A stretch of 64,000 bases of DNA from Synechococcaceae cyanobacterium (lineage in GTDB: Bacteria > Cyanobacteriota > Cyanobacteriia > PCC-6307 > Cyanobiaceae), in contig CANHMF010000001.1 in NCBI GenBank assembly GCA_947461705.1, forward strand, positions 388 to 64,387, given 5' to 3'. Under the pieces are notes generated by a model, which ran no database searches, had not been told where the DNA came from, and saw nothing but the letters and a program-made list of their open reading frames with translations. Positions 30,427-40,593 of this stretch are shown one piece after another. The number at the start of each line of letters is the position of its first letter. Position 1 is the first letter of the stretch. The position numbers were made by a program, and so were the translations under genes.

Positions 30427-31789
30427 GGCGAGCCAGCAGCAGCCCGGTGCTGGCGAACAGCACCACCAGGCCAAAGCAGAAGCCCGTCCAGATCGGTAAC
30501 CCCCAGTCCGCAATCGCCAGGGGGGCTACCACGGTGACCACGCCCCCGGCCAGGAACGGTTGGAGCAGCAGCTGTTTGATCGAGAAGGCCGGCAGGGCAT
30601 CGCTGCGGTCCTCGGGGTCGGCCATGCGCAGCAGCAGCAGGCCGCTGGCTGCCACCCCGGTGGCCTGCCCGAACTCGATCACCGCCCGCTCAAACCAGTC
30701 CGCCGGCAGCAGTCGGGGGGCCAGCACCAGGGTGACCCCCAGATTCCAGGCCAGGCCGCTGAGGGCCAGCACTGTGAGTGGCAGCCAATCGGCCCGCAGC
30801 AGGCCCAGATCCAGCCCAGCGGTGGCGGCGGTGATCAGCAGATCTGCCGACAGCGTGCCGATCTGGCCCTGCACCGGAGCGGAGGCCCAGTGGGCGTTGC
30901 CGCTGCGCTCCAACACCAGGCGCACCAGCAGCGAGCCCACGATCGCCAGGGGGAACACCGGCAGGGAGTCCACCACGGTGGCCACGCCATCCCCCAGGCC
31001 TGCAGTCAGCCAGCGCAGGGCGGCCAGCAGAGCCACGCCCACCAACACCGCCACACCTGCCAGGGCCAGGTTCACCGCCCAGGTGCCTGGTCCGGCGGGC
31101 TGGGCGCTCGCGGCCGTTGGCGCGCCTGCTCCCATCTGGGTTGTCGTGCTGGTCTCGCCGCTGGCAGCGGCATCAGCCAGGCGCCAGCGGCGGCTGCGCC
31201 CCAGCACCACCAGCAGGCCCCCCACCAGGGTGGAGGAGAGCAGCCCCACCGTGGCCATGGCCAGGCCCAGGGCCTGGCCACCGGGAAAGCCCAGGGCGGC
31301 ATAGCTCGGACCCATGGCCGCGGCGGAGCCATGGCCGCCCTCGTAGGCCACTTCAATCAGGCAGGCCATGATCGGGCTCACCCCCAGCCAGGGCTGCAGC
31401 ACCAGCAGCACCGCCAGGCCGGCCACCACGTACTGGCCGAAGGCCAGCACCAGGGCCAGCGATACCTGTCCCGAAACGGGACGCCACAGCCCCTGCAGCT
31501 TTGGCAGCGGTTTGCCCAGCAGCAGGGAGCCGAACACCAGGGTGAGCAGCACCAGGGGGAGATCGGCCCAGAGCTCCAGCACCTGGTGGGGCAGCAGCGG
31601 CAGGGGTCCCCCTGGGGCCAGCAGCAGGCCTAGCAGCCCGGCCAGCAGAGCTTCGGGGATGCCCCACAGGCGCAGTTGCAGTCGGGCACCAAGAGCGCGC
31701 CCCACCGTGAGGATCAGGCTGAGGCTGGCCATGGCCAGGGCCAGCCAGCCCAGCCCGGGCAGCAGTTCACCCTCCAAATTCGAGATCAC
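30407..31789 (-). CDS. gltS: Sodium/glutamate symporter (ESS family)
   Basis: YEGGHGSAAA, ATVGL, FGQATGVAASG.LLLRMADP. Confidence 0.88.
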   Translation of the reverse strand: MISNLEGELLPGLGWLALAMASLSLILTVGRALGARLQLRLWGIPEALLAGLLGLLLAPGGPLPLLPHQVLELWADLPLVLLTLVFGSLLLGKPLPKLQGLWRPVSGQVSLALVLAFGQYVVAGLAVLLVLQPWLGVSPIMACLIEVAYEGGHGSAAAMGPSYAALGFPGGQALGLAMATVGLLSSTLVGGLLVVLGRSRRWRLADAAASGETSTTTQMGAGAPTAASAQPAGPGTWAVNLALAGVAVLVGVALLAALRWLTAGLGDGVATVVDSLPVFPLAIVGSLLVRLVLERSGNAHWASAPVQGQIGTLSADLLITAATAGLDLGLLRADWLPLTVLALSGLAWNLGVTLVLAPRLLPADWFERAVIEFGQATGVAASGLLLLRMADPEDRSDALPAFSIKQLLLQPFLAGGVVTVVAPLAIADWGLPIWTGFCFGLVVLFASTGLLLARLKPEAT

Positions 31790-33711
31790 AGGTGGAAATG
31801 CCGGCGGAAGAAGGCCTCTGTGGCCTCCAGGACGCGGATCTGGGTGTCGCTGTTGCGGAAGCCGTGGCCCTCATCCGGGAACAGGTGCACCTCCACCGGG
31901 ATGGCGTTGGCCTGGAGGGCAAGAGCCATCCGCTCGGTTTGTTCCGCTGGCACCACTTGGTCGTCGAGGCCCTGGAAAAAAATCACCGGACAGCGGATGC
32001 GGTCGGCATGCTGCAGCGGCGAGCGCGCCTCATAGGTGGTCTTCGCTACGGGCCAGGGCCCCACCAGCCCGTCGAGGTAGCGGGCCTCAAAACGGTGGGT
32101 GTCGATGGCCAGGGCGCTGAGATCCGCAACGCCGTAGCGGCATCCTCCAGCCCGGAACACATCCGTGAAACAGAGGGCCGCCAGGGTGGTGAAGCCTCCG
32201 GCGCTGCCTCCCTCGATGGCGATGCGTTCAGGCGAGGCCTTCCCGGCTGCCACCACGGCCTGTGCAGCAGCGGCGCAATCGGCCACGTCCACCACGCCCC
32301 ACTGCCCATCGAGTCGTTCGCGGTAGGCGCGGCCGAAGCCGGTGGATCCGCCGTAGTTCACATCCACCACCCCCCAGCCCCGCGAGGTCCAGTACTGGAT
32401 GCCCAGGCTCAGGCCCGTGCGCGCCATGCCGGTGGGGCCGCTGTGGCCTTTCACCAGCAGGGGCGAACTGCTGTGGCCGCCGCCGCTGGGGGGGTAGTAC
32501 CAGGCGTGGGTGGGGCGGTCGCCGTAGCCCTGGAACCACAGCTCCTCCGGCACGCTGATGGCCTCGGCCGCCAGCGGACAGGGCGCGGCAGGTGTGTGAT
32601 GCCAGCGGCTGGTGCGCAGGTTCAGTTCCAGCAGGCCTGGCGGGGTTGTGGCATTGCTGGCGATGCAGGCCAGTCGCCCCTCTGCCGCGCAGAGGCCCGC
32701 CAGGTCGTCGAAGGGAATGTCCAGGGGTTGCCAGCGGCAGGGCTGTCCGCTCCCGGCCGTGTCGCCGTCGGCCAGCTCCTCCACCCGGCCCAGTTGCCAG
32801 CGGCCCTGGAGGCAGGCCGTGGCCAGCAGCTGTTCGCCGTCCCAGGCCTGGGTGCTCATGCCGAACACCCACTGGGGCATGGCGAAGTCCGCCTGCATGG
32901 GCAGGAGCGGTTGCCAGGTCACCGGGGCCTCTGCGGCCAGGTGGTCGGCGTTGTTCAGCCGCTCCAGGTTCCAGAAGCCATGGCGATCGTTGGCCACTAC
33001 GAGGTGGTGGCCCGCCCACAGGGGCTGAAACACCGACACGCCGCGGTCGTCGCCGCCATCGGAGCCCGCCACCAGGCGCTGTTCGCTGATCAACCCACCC
33101 GCCTCGAAGCGCCCCAGGCGCAGCTGGCTGCGATCCCAGGGCATGAAGGGTTGCTGCCACTCCACCCAGGCCAGGCATGCGCCCGAGGGGCTCAAGGCCG
33201 GGTAGCCGCAGAAATCAGCTGCTGCCAGCAGCAGCTGGGGGGCACCGCCCTCGAGCGGAATGGCCACCAGCTGATCGCGACCGCCGGTTTCCAGCACGCC
33301 GATCCAGCGGTCGCGGCCTGGATCGATCAGCCCACCGCCGTAGGCCCCCGGCGGGCTCAAGCGCCGCGGCTGTGGGTCGCGGCCCTCCAGGTCCAGCAAC
33401 CACAGGCTGCGGTCACCGTCGTGGCAGAACACCGCCACGGGCTGGCCATTGGCACGGTGGCCCAGGGCACAGGCGCCACCGCCGTAGTCGTGCACCCGGC
33501 TGCGCAGGTTCCATGCGCCAGGGGTGAGTTCCTCGGGTGCCTGGTCGGGGCTGGTCCGCCGCACCAGGGTGGTGCGGCCTTTCTCGTGGGGCCGTTGTTC
33601 CAGCCAATGGAGCACCCCATCCAGCAGCTGGGGTTCCCGCAGGCTTGGGGTCTGGCCCACCACCACCGCTGCAGGCAGGGCGCCTGGGGACTGGATCACC
33701 GATTGCTCCAT
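31786..33711 (-). CDS. S9 family peptidase
   Basis: SRVHDYGGG, H.GPT, GGSAGG nucleophile, D.VV, EGHGFR. Confidence 0.93.
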   Translation of the reverse strand: MEQSVIQSPGALPAAVVVGQTPSLREPQLLDGVLHWLEQRPHEKGRTTLVRRTSPDQAPEELTPGAWNLRSRVHDYGGGACALGHRANGQPVAVFCHDGDRSLWLLDLEGRDPQPRRLSPPGAYGGGLIDPGRDRWIGVLETGGRDQLVAIPLEGGAPQLLLAAADFCGYPALSPSGACLAWVEWQQPFMPWDRSQLRLGRFEAGGLISEQRLVAGSDGGDDRGVSVFQPLWAGHHLVVANDRHGFWNLERLNNADHLAAEAPVTWQPLLPMQADFAMPQWVFGMSTQAWDGEQLLATACLQGRWQLGRVEELADGDTAGSGQPCRWQPLDIPFDDLAGLCAAEGRLACIASNATTPPGLLELNLRTSRWHHTPAAPCPLAAEAISVPEELWFQGYGDRPTHAWYYPPSGGGHSSSPLLVKGHSGPTGMARTGLSLGIQYWTSRGWGVVDVNYGGSTGFGRAYRERLDGQWGVVDVADCAAAAQAVVAAGKASPERIAIEGGSAGGFTTLAALCFTDVFRAGGCRYGVADLSALAIDTHRFEARYLDGLVGPWPVAKTTYEARSPLQHADRIRCPVIFFQGLDDQVVPAEQTERMALALQANAIPVEVHLFPDEGHGFRNSDTQIRVLEATEAFFRRHFHL

Positions 33712-33760
33712 TGGGCAGCTCCTAGAATCGCCCTTAACAAAGCGTCAGTGAGGACACGCC

Positions 33761-34363
33761 TTGGCCAGCAGCTTCGCCAGGTTGGCGCGCTCCGCAGAGC
33801 TGTCGGGGCGCCTGCAGGTGTCCAAGGAGCCGGTGGACAACCCTCCCTACGACATTCACCAGCTGGGCGATGAGGTGCTGCGCACGCCGGCACGGCGTAT
33901 CAGCAAGGTGGATGACGCCGTGCGAGACCTCGCCCGGGACATGCTGGTGAGCATGTACGCCGCCCGCGGGATCGGGTTGGCGGCCCCTCAGATCGGTGTG
34001 CATCAGCAGTTGTTGGTGATTGACCTGGAACTGGAGGACCCCAGCAGCCCGCCGCTGGTGCTGATCAACCCTGAGATCACGGGGGTGGGCGGCACGATCT
34101 GCACCTATGAGGAGGGCTGCCTCAGCATCCCCGGGGTGTACCTGGATGTGGTGCGGCCCAGCGTGGTGGAGGTGAGTTACCGCGATGCGATGGGGCGCCC
34201 CAAGAAACTCAAGGCCGACGGCCTGATGGCCCGCTGCATCCAGCACGAGATGGATCACCTCAACGGGGTGCTGTTCGTGGATCGCGTCACCGACGAGGCC
34301 AAGCTGCAGGAGGGCCTGAACGAGAAGGGCTTTAATCACGCCGATGTGCGCCCCGTCTCCTGA
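33761..34363 (+). CDS. def: Peptide deformylase
   Basis: GIGLAAPQIG, EGCLSIPG, QHEMDHLNG. Confidence 0.97.
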   Translation: MASSFARLARSAELSGRLQVSKEPVDNPPYDIHQLGDEVLRTPARRISKVDDAVRDLARDMLVSMYAARGIGLAAPQIGVHQQLLVIDLELEDPSSPPLVLINPEITGVGGTICTYEEGCLSIPGVYLDVVRPSVVEVSYRDAMGRPKKLKADGLMARCIQHEMDHLNGVLFVDRVTDEAKLQEGLNEKGFNHADVRPVS

Positions 34364-34381
34364 TTCAGGAGCTCTGAACCC

Positions 34382-34579
34382 ATGCCCATGAAACCCCTGG
34401 CGGGCCTGTTCCTCGCCCTGGCCTGCATCCTGGGGATCGCTGCCACCGGCTCCGTGTTCGAGCTGGCCTATGGCGACCCCGACTTGGGCGTGGCCACCAC
34501 CCGCCTGATCCTCGGCCTGGCCTTGCCTGGAACCCTGCTCAGCCTGCTCGTGGCCATCCGCATCAACAAGCCGGCCTGA
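34382..34579 (+). CDS. Small 2-TM conserved hypothetical protein
   Basis: 65 aa, GIAATGSVFELAYGDP. Confidence 0.75.
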   Translation: MPMKPLAGLFLALACILGIAATGSVFELAYGDPDLGVATTRLILGLALPGTLLSLLVAIRINKPA

Positions 34580-34637
34580 ACCCCATGGCGATCGTGGCCA
34601 GCACTTCTACGATCCCCCCACTGCCCTCCGTTCCGCT

Positions 34638-35318
34638 GTGAAGACGCCGGCTCGTTCCCTGGTTTCGCTGCTCTCCGCCAGCGGCTTGGCCTCTGCCGGC
34701 GTCCTGGCCTGCACTGTCCTGATGGGGCCACAGGTGCCCGCTCGGGCGCAGGCCCTGTTCAATGCCGCGGAGGTGGAGCAGAACCGCTTTGTGATCGTGG
34801 CGGCGCCGATCGGGGATGGCAGCCGGGCCCAGCTCAACATCTATGAGCAGCGCAGTGCAGCCCGTCCCTGTTTCGAGGTCCAGGGTTCGAGCCCGGCCGT
34901 GGTGAATCCGTTGCTCGCCACCTTTGATTTCACCGGCATCTGCAACCGTTTCATCGATGCCAACGGCTACTCGGTGCGGGTTGGTGGCTCCGATCTGGCT
35001 ACGGTGTATCGCCTCAGCGTGGTGCGTCAGGGCGGCGACAACGTGCTGCTGGCCCTGCCTACCAAAGCCGGTGTCGGTCCGGAAATGGTGGTGGCCCGCA
35101 CGGGTGGACAGGCCGGCGGGTTCCTGCTGCTGGTGCCCGAGCCGGGCTGGAAGCTGATGCGGCGTCAGTTCGGTGGTCGGGCTCTGGGGCACGTGTACAT
35201 CTACCGGGATGGCTGGCCGGAGGGCACCCCCATCGCCGCTCCTGCGGCTCCCACGGCTCCTGTGGCGCCTCAGCCCGCTCAGCCTGTCCCTCCCGCCCCG
35301 ACCCTGCCCAGTTCCTGA
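34638..35318 (+). CDS. DUF3747 secreted protein
   Basis: LNIYEQ...RPCF, VNPLL..FDFTGICNRFIDANGYSVR; Pro/Ala tail. Confidence 0.88.
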   Translation: MKTPARSLVSLLSASGLASAGVLACTVLMGPQVPARAQALFNAAEVEQNRFVIVAAPIGDGSRAQLNIYEQRSAARPCFEVQGSSPAVVNPLLATFDFTGICNRFIDANGYSVRVGGSDLATVYRLSVVRQGGDNVLLALPTKAGVGPEMVVARTGGQAGGFLLLVPEPGWKLMRRQFGGRALGHVYIYRDGWPEGTPIAAPAAPTAPVAPQPAQPVPPAPTLPSS

Positions 35319-35372
35319 CCTCGGCGGGGCAGTTGCTACCATCGTCCAACTGCAGATTCCATTGAGCGGTAC

Positions 35373-35543
35373 ATGACCCAGGTCACCGTCGGCGAAAACG
35401 AAGGCATCGAATCGGCGCTGCGCCGCTTCAAGCGTCAGGTGTCCAAGGCCGGTATTTTCGCTGACCTCAAGCGCCTGCGTCACCACGAAACCCCCACCGA
35501 GAAGTACAAGCGCAAGGCCCAGCAGCGCCGCCGCCGCCGCTGA
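35373..35543 (+). CDS. rpsU: 30S ribosomal protein S21
   Basis: Manual translation [56 protein letters not shown] (56 aa, below track cutoff). Confidence 0.97.
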   Translation: MTQVTVGENEGIESALRRFKRQVSKAGIFADLKRLRHHETPTEKYKRKAQQRRRRR

Positions 35544-35619
35544 TTGCTCAGCTGTGTCGAGCCCCCTCTGAGGCGGGCTCGCCTCCTTTCGGGTGGCTGG
35601 ATTTCCACAGCTCACCAGC

Positions 35620-35657
35620 CAAAGCGGGAATCGGTGTTTCTACCGGTTCCCGCTTTG
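35620..35657 (+). other. 17-bp stem-loop (terminator or structured RNA)
   Basis: CAAAGCGGGAATCGGTG-TTTC-TACCGGTTCCCGCTTTG with two G-U pairs. Confidence 0.7.
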
Positions 35658-35701
35658 TTGTGGGCAGGTCAATCATGGGACTGATCACCTCGGAGGCTCC
35701 C

Positions 35702-35842
35702 GTGGACAAGCTCATGGCTGCACTCAACAGCTGGTTCGGAACAAGCGTGGCCCATGCCTTTGGCAACCCGCGGGAGGAACGCCTGCAGAGGCCTCCGAAC
35801 GTGGGTGTTCAGCCCTACCGCGATCATCCCCACAAGGGTTGA
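35702..35842 (+). CDS. Small hypothetical protein (46 aa)
   Basis: GGAGG 5 nt before GTG; MDKLMAALNSWFGTSVAHAFGNP... Confidence 0.55.
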   Translation: MDKLMAALNSWFGTSVAHAFGNPREERLQRPPNVGVQPYRDHPHKG

Positions 35843-35857
35843 TCGCCCACCCCCAGC

Positions 35858-37402
35858 TCAGCCGGGCTCGCGACCCTGATCAAAGCTGCGGTAGTTCAAG
35901 GCCTCGGCCACGGCACCGGGGCCGACCCGGGGGTCGCCGCTGAGGTCGGCGATGGTGCGGGCAACCCGCAGCACCCGCTCGCAGGATCGGGCGCTCAGGC
36001 CGCGCTGCTCCATGGCCTGCTGCCACAGCTCCAGCGCCAGGGGTTCGAACTGGCCGTGCTGGCGGAGTTGCTGGCCGCTGAGGCGGCTGTTGGCAATGCC
36101 ACTGGGGTTGCGTTGGCCCATGCGTGTGCGGGCAGCAGCGACCCGGCCTGCCACCACCGCACTGGATTCCGGTGCGGTCTGGTGGCTGTCCGGGCGGTAG
36201 CGGCGGCCCAGGTCCGCTGCGTCCAGTCGGCGCACCACCACCTGCAGATCAATGCGATCCATCAGTGGACCGGCCAACTTGCCCCAGTAGCGCTCCCGCA
36301 GGCCGGTGCCGCAGCGGCAGGGCCGCAAGGGATCGCCAAACCAGCCGCAGGGGCAGGGATTGGTGGCTGCCACCAGGGCAATCTCGCAGGGAAAGCGCAC
36401 CCGCTGCCTGGCGCGACTCACCCACACCTCCCCCTCCTCCAGGGGCTGGCGCAGCTGGTTCAACACGTCCCGCCGGAATTCCGCCAGCTCATCCAGAAAC
36501 AGCACGCCGCGGTGGGCGAGGGCCAGTTCGCCCGGTCTGGGAATGCTGCCGCCGCCCACGAGGGCCGCACTGGAGCAGCCATGGTGCGGGGCACGAAACG
36601 GCCGCTGCTGCAGCAGGCCGAGGCCCTGGCTCAGCAGACCGGCCACGGAATAGAGCTGGCTGAGTTCCAGGGCTTCGTCGCGCTCCAGGGGTGGCAGCAG
36701 CGTCGGTAGCCGGCGCGCCAGCATGGTTTTGCCGCTCCCGGGGGGACCCACCAGCAGCAGGTGATGGCCCCCGGCCGCGGCGATCTCCAGGGCTCGGCGA
36801 CCATGCAGCTGCCCGTGCACCTCGGCCAGGTCTGGCCCGTCGGCAGGGGCCGGGGTGGCGGGGCAGGCCAGCGCGGTTCGGCTCGCCAGGGCGGGGTTGG
36901 CCAGCAGTGCCAGCACCTGCGGCAGATCGGCGGCGGCCCACACCCGCAGCCCCTCCACCAGGGCTGTTTCGGTGGCGTTGGCCTGCGGGATCACCAGGGC
37001 TCGCGCACCGGCCCGCCGGGCCGCGATGGCCAGGGCCACGGCGCCGCGTACCGGCCGCAGGCTGCCATCCAGGCCCAGCTCGCCCGCGGCCCAGATTCCC
37101 TCCAGCAGGGGTGGCGCCAGTTGGCCGCTGGCCACCAGCACCGCCAGGGCGATCGGCAGATCGAAGGCCGGCCCTTCTTTGCGCAGGTCGGCCGGAGCCA
37201 GATTCACGATCACCCGGGTGAGAGGCATGCGCAGCCCGCTGTTGCGCACCGCGGCCCGCACCCGCTCGCGTGATTCCTGCACGGCCGCGTCAGCCAGACC
37301 CACCATCAGCAGCCCAGGCAGCCCTGGGGCGATGTCCACCTCCACGGACACCTCCACGGCCTCCAGCCCCAGCAGGGCCCCGCCGCTGCATCGTGCCAAC
37401 AT
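35858..37402 (-). CDS. comM: YifB/ComM Mg-chelatase-like AAA ATPase
   Basis: ESRERVR, NLAPADLRKEG, GPPGSGKTM, PFRAPHH, NPCPCG, DRIDL. Confidence 0.93.
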   Translation of the reverse strand: MLARCSGGALLGLEAVEVSVEVDIAPGLPGLLMVGLADAAVQESRERVRAAVRNSGLRMPLTRVIVNLAPADLRKEGPAFDLPIALAVLVASGQLAPPLLEGIWAAGELGLDGSLRPVRGAVALAIAARRAGARALVIPQANATETALVEGLRVWAAADLPQVLALLANPALASRTALACPATPAPADGPDLAEVHGQLHGRRALEIAAAGGHHLLLVGPPGSGKTMLARRLPTLLPPLERDEALELSQLYSVAGLLSQGLGLLQQRPFRAPHHGCSSAALVGGGSIPRPGELALAHRGVLFLDELAEFRRDVLNQLRQPLEEGEVWVSRARQRVRFPCEIALVAATNPCPCGWFGDPLRPCRCGTGLRERYWGKLAGPLMDRIDLQVVVRRLDAADLGRRYRPDSHQTAPESSAVVAGRVAAARTRMGQRNPSGIANSRLSGQQLRQHGQFEPLALELWQQAMEQRGLSARSCERVLRVARTIADLSGDPRVGPGAVAEALNYRSFDQGREPG

Positions 37403-37476
37403 CAGCCATCAGGACAAACCAGAGGTGTTGTTCCACCCCTGTTGCGTCCGCCCGCTTTCAACCGCCGCCGCTGGCC

Positions 37477-37827
37477 ATGGCTGAGCCCGTCAACGACACG
37501 ATCTTTGGCCGCATCCTGCGGGGAGAGATCCCCTGTGATCAGGTGTTTGCCGATGAGCGCTGCCTGGCCTTCCGGGATGTGCAGCCCCAGGCCCCGGTGC
37601 ACATCCTGGTGATCCCCCGGCAGCCCATCGTGAACCTGGCGGAAGCCGAGCCACAGCACGCCGAGTTGCTGGGCCATCTGCTCCTGGTGGCCGCCCAGGT
37701 GGCTCGTCAGGAGGGGCTCACAGGGTTCCGCACCGTGATCAACAGCGGCGCCGAAGCCGGCCAGACCGTCTTTCACCTGCACGTCCACGTGATCGGCGGC
37801 CGTGCGTTGGCCTGGCCACCCGGTTAA
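37477..37827 (+). CDS. Histidine triad nucleotide-binding protein
   Basis: DTIFGRI..GEIP, GQTVFHLHVHVIGGR...WPPG. Confidence 0.95.
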   Translation: MAEPVNDTIFGRILRGEIPCDQVFADERCLAFRDVQPQAPVHILVIPRQPIVNLAEAEPQHAELLGHLLLVAAQVARQEGLTGFRTVINSGAEAGQTVFHLHVHVIGGRALAWPPG

Positions 37828-37876
37828 CGGGTCGCCTGTTCTCCGTTATTCCCGGCAGCGGTGAGAATGGCGGCAC

Positions 37877-39862
37877 TTGCCCACCGTCATGAGCCCCCTG
37901 TCGGCCTTCCGCAGCCAGCTTGGCAAGCTGCAGCGCCTGGCCCAGCCCTACTTCCTGCCGCTTGAGGAAACCCGCGCCTGGCAGTTCCTGCTGTTGATCG
38001 GTTCCCTGTTGGCGGTGGTTGTGGGCAGCACGCTGTTGCTGCTCACCGGCGTTGTGGCCCTGTCCGGTGCCCTGATCCCCGAGCTGCAGGGCCGCTTCCT
38101 GCCCGGAGTGCCCCAGCAGGTGGCCGCCATCTGGCGCAGTCCGCTGGGGGCGGTGCTGATGGCGCTGTTCGCCGCTGGCATCGGCTGCTTTGTGGCTCTG
38201 CGCAGCAAATTGCGCCAGGGGCGCTGGTTGCCCTGGCTGTTGATGGGGGTGATCACGCTGCTGATCCTGGTGATCAATGGCATCAACGTGGGCATCAGCT
38301 ATGTGGCCCGCAATGTTGATAACACCCTGGTGGCCTACCAGGCTGATCAGTTTTGGCAGGTGGTGGCGATCTATGCCTTCTGCCTGGTGCTGGCGCTGCC
38401 GATCAGGGCCCTGCAGAGTTATCTGATTCCCCGCCTGGGCCTGCTCTGGCGTGAGTGGTTGAGCGGCCGTTTGTTGACCCGCTACCTCTCTAATCGGGCC
38501 TACTACGTTCTCAACCCCAATGATGAAACGGCAGAAGAGATCGATAACCCAGATCAGCGGATTTCCCAGGATGCGGCTAGTTTCACCACTACCAGCCTGA
38601 GCGTCACCGTTGAGATTGTCTCGGCGCTGCTCACCTTTGTGAGCTTCATCGTGGTGCTCTGGACCATCAGTACCAAGCTGGCCCTTTGGCTCCTGGTGTA
38701 CTCGGTGGCGGGCACGGCCGTGATCATCTTTGCCAGCCGCAAGCTGGTGGCCCTCAACTACGACCAGCTGCGTCTGGAAGCCGATTTCCGTTACGGCCTG
38801 GTACATATCCGCGACAACGCCGAATCGATTGCCTTTTACCGGGGGGAAGAGCAGGAGTCTCGGGAGGCCGAGCGGCGCCTGGGCGGCGCCATTCGCAACT
38901 ACAACAAGTTGATTGTCTGGGAGGCGCTGATCAGTGTGATCCAGCGCTCCTACGACTACTTCTCGCGCTTCCTACCCTGGCTGGTAATTGCCCCGATCTA
39001 TTTCGCCAAGCAGGTTGACTTCGGGGTGTTTGGACAGGCGAGCATTGCCTTCAGTCAGGTGTTGTTTTCGGTGAGTTACATCGTGAACAACATTGATCGC
39101 CTGGCAGCCTTCTCCGCTTCCATCAGCCGACTGGAAGGGTTCCAGGGCAAGGTGGAGGCGATCAACAGCGCTGAACAGGCGTCTAGCTCGCGGGAACGGG
39201 CTGGGGCCTCGATTTTGCTGAGCCATGTGGATCTGGTGCCCCCCCAGAGCGATCGCCTGCTGATCCGGGATCTGAGCCTGGAGGTGGGCTTCAATCAGCG
39301 GGTGCTGGTGGTGGGTCCAAGTGGCTGTGGCAAGACGTCGCTTCTGCGCATGGTGAGCGGCCTCTGGCCCCCCGCCGCTGGCGAGGTGGAGCGGCCGCCG
39401 CTCCTGGAGCTGCTGTTCATTCCCCAGAAGCCTTACATGATTCTGGGCAGCCTGCGCGAGCAGCTCTGCTATCCCCAGAACCCCAGCCGCTTCACCGATG
39501 AGCACCTACGCAGCGTGCTTGAGGAGGTGTGTTTGCTGGAGTTGGTGCAGCGCTATCCCGATTTCGATATCAAGCAGGATTGGCAGCGGCTGCTCTCCCT
39601 TGGGGAGCAGCAACGCCTGGCTTTTGCACGGCTGCTGCTGAACTCCCCGCGGTTTGTGGTGCTTGATGAGGCCACCAGTGCCCTGGATGTAGCCACCGAG
39701 AAGCGCCTCTATCAGCTGCTCACCCAGCGCGAGATGGCCTTTGTGAGCGTGGGCCATCGCCCCACCCTCAAGGCCTTCCACGACACCGTGCTTCAACTGG
39801 ACGGCCAGGGCGGCTGGAAGTTGATCCCCGCCGCCAGCTATGACTTCAACCCCGGCGCCTGA
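37877..39862 (+). CDS. ABC transporter fused permease/ATPase (YddA/ABCD-like)
   Basis: DNPDQRI, AESIAFYRGE, GPSGCGKTS, LSLGEQQR, LDEATSALD. Confidence 0.92.
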   Translation: MPTVMSPLSAFRSQLGKLQRLAQPYFLPLEETRAWQFLLLIGSLLAVVVGSTLLLLTGVVALSGALIPELQGRFLPGVPQQVAAIWRSPLGAVLMALFAAGIGCFVALRSKLRQGRWLPWLLMGVITLLILVINGINVGISYVARNVDNTLVAYQADQFWQVVAIYAFCLVLALPIRALQSYLIPRLGLLWREWLSGRLLTRYLSNRAYYVLNPNDETAEEIDNPDQRISQDAASFTTTSLSVTVEIVSALLTFVSFIVVLWTISTKLALWLLVYSVAGTAVIIFASRKLVALNYDQLRLEADFRYGLVHIRDNAESIAFYRGEEQESREAERRLGGAIRNYNKLIVWEALISVIQRSYDYFSRFLPWLVIAPIYFAKQVDFGVFGQASIAFSQVLFSVSYIVNNIDRLAAFSASISRLEGFQGKVEAINSAEQASSSRERAGASILLSHVDLVPPQSDRLLIRDLSLEVGFNQRVLVVGPSGCGKTSLLRMVSGLWPPAAGEVERPPLLELLFIPQKPYMILGSLREQLCYPQNPSRFTDEHLRSVLEEVCLLELVQRYPDFDIKQDWQRLLSLGEQQRLAFARLLLNSPRFVVLDEATSALDVATEKRLYQLLTQREMAFVSVGHRPTLKAFHDTVLQLDGQGGWKLIPAASYDFNPGA

Positions 39863-39869
39863 TTCCCCC

Positions 39870-40085
39870 ATGCCCCCTTCCGCTCCGCTGCCCGCCGATG
39901 CCCCCAGCCCCCAGCTGGAGCCTCCGGCCACCAGTGCCACCACCAACGATGTGCCGGCCTTCGGCTGGAGTGTCTATGCCGAGCGTGTGAATGGTCGCTT
40001 CGCCATGGTGGGCTTTGCTGCGATCCTGCTGTTGGAGGCGCTGAGCGGCCAGACCTTCCTGCAGTGGGCAGGCTTCGTGTCCTGA
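39870..40085 (+). CDS. hli: High-light inducible protein (Hli/Scp)
   Basis: AERVNGRFAMVGF chlorophyll-binding motif. Confidence 0.92.
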   Translation: MPPSAPLPADAPSPQLEPPATSATTNDVPAFGWSVYAERVNGRFAMVGFAAILLLEALSGQTFLQWAGFVS

Positions 40086-40107
40086 GCTGGGGCCTGGAGC
40101 ACCGGGT

Positions 40108-40593
40108 TCAGGGCAGGGTGAGCAGGTCTACCTGCCACTGCCCGCCCCGACTCACTTCCACGGCAAGAACCCGGCCGTCGGCACTGAGCTGCACCCGCCG
40201 GGGCACACCGGCCGGTTCCATGGGAATCGCTTGCAGGCTCTGCAAGGAGCGTCGGTAGAGCACCAGCTCCGTGCGTCCCTCCCGTTGGCGCACCAGCGCC
40301 AGTCGCTCCCCCCGCTGATCCACCGTGACGCTGAGCGGCTGGGCGTCGGGGCGGTTCAGGCCTAGCAGGGGCACGGGGGCGGAGTTGCTCAGGTTCACCA
40401 GTAGAACCTGTTCGCGCCCCTGGCGCCCCGTGATCAGGGCCAGCCAGTTGCCGCTCAGTCCAGGGGAATGGCTGGTGCCTCCTCGGGCGAGCTGGAGGTT
40501 GAGGCCTTGCAGCGGCCTCAGGTTGCCGCCCAGGCATCCCCCCAGCAAGCAGGAGAGCCCAAGCGCCGCTGCCAACAGGAACCTTCGCGTCAT
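40108..40593 (-). CDS. TolB-like (PD40 repeat) lipoprotein
   Basis: Lipobox LLGGC; LSADGRVLAV repeat. Confidence 0.75.
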   Translation of the reverse strand: MTRRFLLAAALGLSCLLGGCLGGNLRPLQGLNLQLARGGTSHSPGLSGNWLALITGRQGREQVLLVNLSNSAPVPLLGLNRPDAQPLSVTVDQRGERLALVRQREGRTELVLYRRSLQSLQAIPMEPAGVPRRVQLSADGRVLAVEVSRGGQWQVDLLTLP

